From an uncultured bacterium (GTDB taxonomy: Bacteria; Krumholzibacteriota; Krumholzibacteriia; LZORAL124-64-63): 64,000 bases of DNA. Positions 59,061-64,000 of the stretch are shown piece after piece. A model generated the notes under the pieces. It worked only from the letters and a program-made list of their open reading frames with translations, searched no databases and had not been told where the DNA came from. The stretch spans positions 1,056,001 to 1,120,000 of the forward strand of contig CAVSGO010000007.1 of NCBI GenBank assembly GCA_963727525.1. The letters are read 5' to 3'. A program made the translations under genes and the position numbers. Every line of letters starts with the position of its first letter. The first letter of the stretch is position 1.

Positions 59061-61439
59061 CTAGTCGAGGCCGGGGAAGATCACCTTCCACACCTCGTCG
59101 ATGTGAGCGGCCGGTACGAACGTCACTGCCGCGCGCACCTCGTCGGGAATGTCCTCCAGATCGGGTACGTTGGCCTGCGGCATGATCACGCGCCGGATCC
59201 CGACGCGGTGCGCCGCCAGCACCTTCTCCAGCAGACCGCCGATCGGGAGCACCTCGCCGATGAGCGTGAGCTCCCCGGTCATGGCCGTGCGCCGGTCGAC
59301 GGGCTTGCCGAGCATCAGCGATAGCAATACGGAGGCCATCGCGATCCCGGCACTCGGGCCGTCCTTGGGAATGGCCCCCGCCGGCACGTGGATATGGATG
59401 TCTTGCCGGAAGAAGTGCTGATATTCCTTGAGGTTACCGAATCGACTGCGCAGGTAGCTATGAGCTGCCACCACCGATTCCTGCATTACACTGCCCAGCT
59501 GTCCCGTGAGTTTGAGCTGCCCGCTCCCCCCGGGCAGGACCACACCCTCGATGTACAGGATCTTGCCGCCCACGGGCGTCCAGGCCAGACCGGTGACCAC
59601 GCCGACACGGGCGCGCTTGCGCAGGCGGTCGCCCAGGTAGGACGCCTGACCGAGGTAATCCTCGAGGTTCGTGGCGTTGATCGCGTGAGCCTTGCGCCGC
59701 CCGCGCGCGACATCGCGCGCCACCTTACGACAGACTGCGCCGATCTTGCGTTCGAGCTCGCGCACGCCGGCCTCCCGCGTGTGCTCCTCGATGATGTGCA
59801 TGAGCCCCGCGTTCGTGAACCGGATCTTCCTGCGCGTGAGGCCGTTCTCGATCACCTGACGCGGCACCAGATAGCGCCTGGCGATCTGCAGCTTCTCGAG
59901 GTTCGTGTAGCCGGCGATCTGGATGATCTCCATGCGATCGAGCAGCGGTCGCGGGATCGTGTCGAGCATGTTGGCCGTGGTGATGAACAGCACCTTCGAG
60001 AGATCGAAGGGTACGGCCAGATAGTGATCCGTGAAGCTGAAATTCTGCTCGGGATCGAGCACCTCGAGCAGGGCGCTCGCCGGGTCGCCTCGGAAGTCCT
60101 GCCCCAGCTTGTCGATCTCGTCGAGCATGATCAGCGGGTTGTACGTGCCGCACTCCTTGATCCCCGCGATGATGCGTCCCGGCATGGCGCCCACGTACGT
60201 GCGCCGGTGGCCACGGATCTCCGCCTCGTCGCGCATGCCGCCGAGGGAGAACCGGAAGAACTTACGACCGACCGCCTCGGCGATGCTGCGCCCGAGCGAC
60301 GTCTTGCCCACGCCCGGCGGACCGACCAGGCACAGGATGGGCCCGCGGTTGTCCTGCTTGAGCTTACGCACGGCAAGGAACTCGAGGATGCGTTCCTTCA
60401 CGTCCTCCAGGCCGTAGTGGTCGCGCTCGAGCATTTCCTCGGCCGTCTTCATATCGAGCTTGTCATCGCTGCCCACGAGCCACGGCAGGTCGAGCAGCCA
60501 GTCGAGGTAGGTCTTGCTCACCGTGTACTCGCTGGCGCCTGGCGACATGCGTGTGAGCCGGTCGAACTCGCGCTCCACCGTCGCCGCCACGGGAACCGGG
60601 AGCTTGGCGTCGTCGATGCGCTTGCGCAGTTCATCGAGTTCCACCGACCCCTCGTCGGCGTCGCCGAGTTCACGCTGAATCGCCTTCATCTGCTGGCGCA
60701 GGTAATACTCGCGCTGATCCTTGTCGATCGACTTGCGTACACGGCTCTGCAGCTTCTGTCCCAGTTCGAGCACGTCGAGTTCCCGCATGACCAGCTTGGC
60801 GAGCATCTGCAGGCGACGCCGCGGCGAGACCTCCTCGAGCACCTGCTGCTTCTCCTCCACCTCGATGTCGAGATTCGTGGCGATGAGATCGGCCAAGCGG
60901 CCGGGATCATCGATGTTCATGACGACGACCTTCAACTCGTCGCTGAGATTCTCGCTCGCATCGATGATCTTCAGGAAATTGTTCGCGACCCCGCGCATGT
61001 AGGCGAGGGTGCGCGAGTCGTCGTCGGCTTTCTCCTCGACCATCTCCACGGACGCACGGATATAAGGTTCCACCTGCTCGACCCCGGTGATGCGGCAACG
61101 CGCGACGCCCTGGCCGAGCAGGCGCATCGTGCCGTCGGGGAAGCGCAGCATCTTCTGGATGCGCACCGCCGTGCCGAAATCGTAGATGCGTTCGATGTCG
61201 GTGGATTCGTCGTCTTCCTCGTCGTCCGGCAGCTCGCGTTGCGCGAAGGCGCCGAGCACCTTGTCGCCGGCGAGACACTCGTCGGCCAGCTTGATGAGGT
61301 TGGGATCGCTCAGCACGAGCGGGACCATCATGTACGGAAAGATGACGGCCTCGCTGATCGGCAAGATCGGCAAGCTACCCGGCAACGTCCGCTCGTTGCT
61401 GATCTCGCTCACGGAGCGCTCTTTCACGTTGTCGGGCAT
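59061..61439 (-). CDS. lon: ATP-dependent protease La
   Basis: 'DHYGLEDVKERILE', 'GPPGVGKTS', 'GHRRTYVGAMPG', 'GLAWT', 'HVPAGAIPKDGPSAG', 'IGGLLEK'. Confidence 0.97.
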   Translation of the reverse strand: MPDNVKERSVSEISNERTLPGSLPILPISEAVIFPYMMVPLVLSDPNLIKLADECLAGDKVLGAFAQRELPDDEEDDESTDIERIYDFGTAVRIQKMLRFPDGTMRLLGQGVARCRITGVEQVEPYIRASVEMVEEKADDDSRTLAYMRGVANNFLKIIDASENLSDELKVVVMNIDDPGRLADLIATNLDIEVEEKQQVLEEVSPRRRLQMLAKLVMRELDVLELGQKLQSRVRKSIDKDQREYYLRQQMKAIQRELGDADEGSVELDELRKRIDDAKLPVPVAATVEREFDRLTRMSPGASEYTVSKTYLDWLLDLPWLVGSDDKLDMKTAEEMLERDHYGLEDVKERILEFLAVRKLKQDNRGPILCLVGPPGVGKTSLGRSIAEAVGRKFFRFSLGGMRDEAEIRGHRRTYVGAMPGRIIAGIKECGTYNPLIMLDEIDKLGQDFRGDPASALLEVLDPEQNFSFTDHYLAVPFDLSKVLFITTANMLDTIPRPLLDRMEIIQIAGYTNLEKLQIARRYLVPRQVIENGLTRRKIRFTNAGLMHIIEEHTREAGVRELERKIGAVCRKVARDVARGRRKAHAINATNLEDYLGQASYLGDRLRKRARVGVVTGLAWTPVGGKILYIEGVVLPGGSGQLKLTGQLGSVMQESVVAAHSYLRSRFGNLKEYQHFFRQDIHIHVPAGAIPKDGPSAGIAMASVLLSLMLGKPVDRRTAMTGELTLIGEVLPIGGLLEKVLAAHRVGIRRVIMPQANVPDLEDIPDEVRAAVTFVPAAHIDEVWKVIFPGLD

Positions 61440-61485
61440 ATGGGCCGGCTCCTTGTGCGCATTGCGCCCTGCAGGTCCGCTCGAA

Positions 61486-61920
61486 CTAGAGATTCACGAC
61501 GATCTGCCGGCGCTGGCCTGTGCGCCGCTCGCCCTTGCTGAACGTCACGTAGAGGAAACCGTTGCGGTAGCGGGCCGCGGCCGATTCCGGATCCACGCTG
61601 GCCGTGATCGGGATCCGGCGCACGAACGGGCCGACATTGATCTCCATCTTGTGAAAATGCTTCTTGCCCGGACCCGCGTGCTCGCTGCGAATGCCGCGCA
61701 CGATCAGATTGGACTCGTCGCAGATCACCTCGACCTGCGCGGGCTCCATCCCCGCCAGGTCCATCTGGACGACGAAGCTGTCGTCCGTCTCGTAGACGTC
61801 GGTGGCCGGGCGCCAGCAGAGATCGCCCTCGGTGGGGATCGCTCCACCCTTCTGCCCATAGGACGTCACGAGGATCTCGAAGATCTCCTCGAGATCGCCT
61901 ATGCGGTCGGGTTTCTTCAT
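61486..61920 (-). CDS. Hsp20/alpha-crystallin small heat shock protein
   Basis: 'WRPATDVYET', 'MDLAG', 'GPFVR', 'A.YRNGFL'. Confidence 0.9.
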   Translation of the reverse strand: MKKPDRIGDLEEIFEILVTSYGQKGGAIPTEGDLCWRPATDVYETDDSFVVQMDLAGMEPAQVEVICDESNLIVRGIRSEHAGPGKKHFHKMEINVGPFVRRIPITASVDPESAAARYRNGFLYVTFSKGERRTGQRRQIVVNL

Positions 61921-61982
61921 GACACCTCTCTCGCCTGTGGCGGACAGCGTGCCGCAGCGCGTGGCGCCGAGCGACGCTCGAT

Positions 61983-62011
61983 ATGCTAACCAGTGGCTGC
62001 GAGAGCGTCAA
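61983..62011 (-). promoter_or_regulatory. sigma70-type promoter for hsp20-lon
   Basis: TTGACG (62011-62006), 17 nt spacer, TAGCAT (61988-61983). Confidence 0.6.
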
Positions 62012-62035
62012 CGCGAACCCGGAGGCCGGCGCGGC

Positions 62036-62644
62036 TCAGAACCGCCTCAGCACGCCCACGACCACACCCTGCACGCGGACGCGGTCTTCGGGGAATTCGA
62101 GAATGGGCACCTGGGGATTGGCGGGAATGAGGCGAATGACGGCGCCCTGACGCTGATATTGCTTCACGGTCACGCCCTCGCCATCGACCAGCGCGATCAC
62201 CGTCTCGCCGTTGCGGGCCGTTTCGCGCTCCTCCACGACGACGACATCGCCGCTGCGAATCTGCTCGTCGATCATCGAATCGCCCCTCACACGCAGGGCA
62301 TAGGTGCGTCCGCGGCCAAGCCACTGCTCGGGGAGCACGATCTCCTCCGCCTCGGGCAGGGCCTCGATGGGCAGGCCAGCCGCGACATCGCCCAGCAACG
62401 GAATGGTACACACGCCGTCGCCCACCCCGTGGCCGCGGATGACCTCCAGATCACGGCTCGCATTCTTGCGGCCGCGACGCAGATATCCCTTGGCGACGAG
62501 TTGGCTCACATGCTTGTGGACAGTGGCGACCGACGAGAGGTCGAAGCGATGCCCGATCTCCTGGAGGGTCGGGGCGAACCCATGGGTTTCGCTGTACTCG
62601 GTGACGAAGGCCAGGATCTCGGCCTGGCGACGGGTCAAGGGCAT
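62036..62644 (-). CDS. lexA: SOS transcriptional repressor LexA
   Basis: 'LTRRQ.EIL', 'PTLQEIG', 'SVATVHKHV', cleavage site 'VAAG', catalytic 'GDSM' and 'TVK'. Confidence 0.95.
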   Translation of the reverse strand: MPLTRRQAEILAFVTEYSETHGFAPTLQEIGHRFDLSSVATVHKHVSQLVAKGYLRRGRKNASRDLEVIRGHGVGDGVCTIPLLGDVAAGLPIEALPEAEEIVLPEQWLGRGRTYALRVRGDSMIDEQIRSGDVVVVEERETARNGETVIALVDGEGVTVKQYQRQGAVIRLIPANPQVPILEFPEDRVRVQGVVVGVLRRF

Positions 62645-62698
62645 GACGGCCTCCTCGGCGCGGCCGCGCGGGCGGCGGTGGTCGCGGTTGATGCCGTC

Positions 62699-62722
62699 AG
62701 TTTAGGCGAAAACAAGGCAAAA
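62699..62722 (-). promoter_or_regulatory. lexA promoter region with candidate direct-repeat LexA operator
   Basis: Minus strand TTTTGCCTTGTTTTCGCCTAAACT: TT(T/C)GCCT repeated with an 11-bp period, abutting a TAAACT -10 element. Confidence 0.5.
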
Positions 62723-62740
62723 TTCCACAAAAAAGTGTGA

Positions 62741-63658
62741 TCATCCCGGCCGGTCGGCCCGGCGGGCGCCATCTCGCAGCAGCGCCTCGATCTCCGCGAG
62801 GGTCGGCAAGCCGCGCCGCCCGCCCCAGTCCCGGCACTTGAGCGCCGCCGCGGCGCTCGCGAACGCTAGCGAGCCGAGGAAGTCCCGCCCCTGCAGGAGC
62901 GCATACGCATACCCCGCGTGGAAGACGTCGCCCGCGCCCGTCGTATCGCGCACCGGCACGGCGAAGGCCGGGACGTGAACGAGAGCGTCGTCCACCAGCG
63001 CGAGGCACCCCGCTTCACCGGCCGTGAGCGCCACCCGCCGCGGACCACGCTCCCGCAACGCGCGCAGCGCCGCGAGGGGTTCATCCTGACCCGTGAGCGC
63101 GGGCGCAAACGTCCGCGAGGAGATCACGTCGCTGCAGCGGGCCACGAGGGTCTCGGCGCCAGCCCGGACCGAGCCGCCATCGAGCACCACCGGGATACCC
63201 CGCCCGCCCGCCCAGCCCGCGAGACGGGAGGCCGCGGCGCACTCGTGCCCATCGCAGTACAGAAGGTCGACGCCGTCCAGCCACTCTCGCGCCACCGCAT
63301 CGGCCGGCAGCATGGGCAGCGTGCCGCGCGTCCAGAAGATCGTACGATGCCCCCGTCGAGGATCGACGAGGATCACGGCGCGGGGACTCGCCCGCCCCAC
63401 CGCCCGGCGGCACCACGAAAGATCGATGCCGGCATCCCGCAATTCCGCCTGGTGACGCCGCGACGGCTCGTCGTCGCCGAACACGGTGATCAGACGCACC
63501 GCAGCACCGAGGCGCGCCAGCGCGACCGCCGCCGTCGCCGCGGGACCGCCGCCGCTCTCGCAGATGAGCGAGACCTCCGTCTTGGTGTCGGAATCGGGCA
63601 AGCCGGACATGGCCACCGTGACGTCGTGGGCATTGTACCCGACCACCAGGATCGTCAC
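62741..63658 (-). CDS. PfkB family carbohydrate kinase
   Basis: 'GGGPAATAAVALARLG', 'GDD', 'DTTGAGDVFHAGY'. GTG 63658 with AAGGAGG RBS. Confidence 0.9.
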   Translation of the reverse strand: MTILVVGYNAHDVTVAMSGLPDSDTKTEVSLICESGGGPAATAAVALARLGAAVRLITVFGDDEPSRRHQAELRDAGIDLSWCRRAVGRASPRAVILVDPRRGHRTIFWTRGTLPMLPADAVAREWLDGVDLLYCDGHECAAASRLAGWAGGRGIPVVLDGGSVRAGAETLVARCSDVISSRTFAPALTGQDEPLAALRALRERGPRRVALTAGEAGCLALVDDALVHVPAFAVPVRDTTGAGDVFHAGYAYALLQGRDFLGSLAFASAAAALKCRDWGGRRGLPTLAEIEALLRDGARRADRPG

Positions 63659-63742
63659 CGGCCCCTCCTTGCCGAGCACGGGTCGACCATGTTAGCCTGT
63701 CGACTCCCGCGGCGACGACCACCGCGAACGAAAGGTCCGGCC

Positions 63743-64000
63743 ATGACTCCGTGCATCTTTTGCAAGATCGCTGCCGGCGAGATCGCCAGCCGGCAGGTGT
63801 ACCGAGACGACGCGATCGTCGCCTTCCACGATGTCAATCCCCAGGCGCCGGTGCATATCCTCGTCATCCCGCACAAGCACGTGGCTTCGCTCGCCGACCT
63901 CACCGAGGCGGATACCGAACTCGCGGGACGTCTGCAACTCGTGGCCACCCAGGTCGCCGCCGAAGCCGGACTCGCCGGGAGCGGGTACCGTGTCGTCGTG
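63743..64000 (+). CDS. histidine triad (HIT) nucleotide-binding protein, truncated by window edge
   Basis: Manual translation MTPCIFCKIAAGEIASRQVYRDDAIVAFHDVNPQAPVHILVIPHKH...GYRVVV. Confidence 0.9.
   Translation, partial: MTPCIFCKIAAGEIASRQVYRDDAIVAFHDVNPQAPVHILVIPHKHVASLADLTEADTELAGRLQLVATQVAAEAGLAGSGYRVVV

Overview
High-GC window from a diderm (LPS-producing) bacterium. The LpxC-FabZ fusion, bacillithiol genes, mcsA-mcsB-clpC and a Minf_1886-type gene suggest an FCB-associated lineage (inference; no taxonomic search was run). Almost all of the ~59 genes are on the minus strand. Most are housekeeping: tolQ-like (partial), bshA/bshB1/bshC with an adjacent methyltransferase, nadB, the lipid A/BAM block (lpxK, DUF374, lpxB, lpxA, lpxC-fabZ, lpxD, skp, bamA), clpC-mcsB-mcsA, lolD/lolC-E, lysS, prfB with its +1 frameshift, coaE, polA, nadD, bamD, rimO, ftsK, accC/accB/efp, a PilT/PilU ATPase, an LPS core block (four GT9s, gmhB, DUF3108, GT-C, phosphoglycosyl transferase, acpS), lon, hsp20, lexA, a PfkB kinase and a partial HIT gene. 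The best candidate for an undescribed system is a tightly coupled six-gene operon at 41532-47867. It encodes a GlmL/MutL-like actin-fold ATPase with no glutamate mutase nearby, a barrel-sandwich/KOW protein, a DUF6754-like protein and three more membrane proteins, and it lies directly behind acyl-CoA dehydrogenase and PhzF-family genes. Also notable: a possible N-methyl-bacillithiol operon, a 1.2-kb IS1/IS1595-like element with 24-bp inverted repeats, no visible target duplication and a sigma54-like motif, and a direct-repeat LexA box candidate. All family assignments come from motif recognition by eye. Several start codons were moved from the ORF track using RBS and stop/start overlap evidence.
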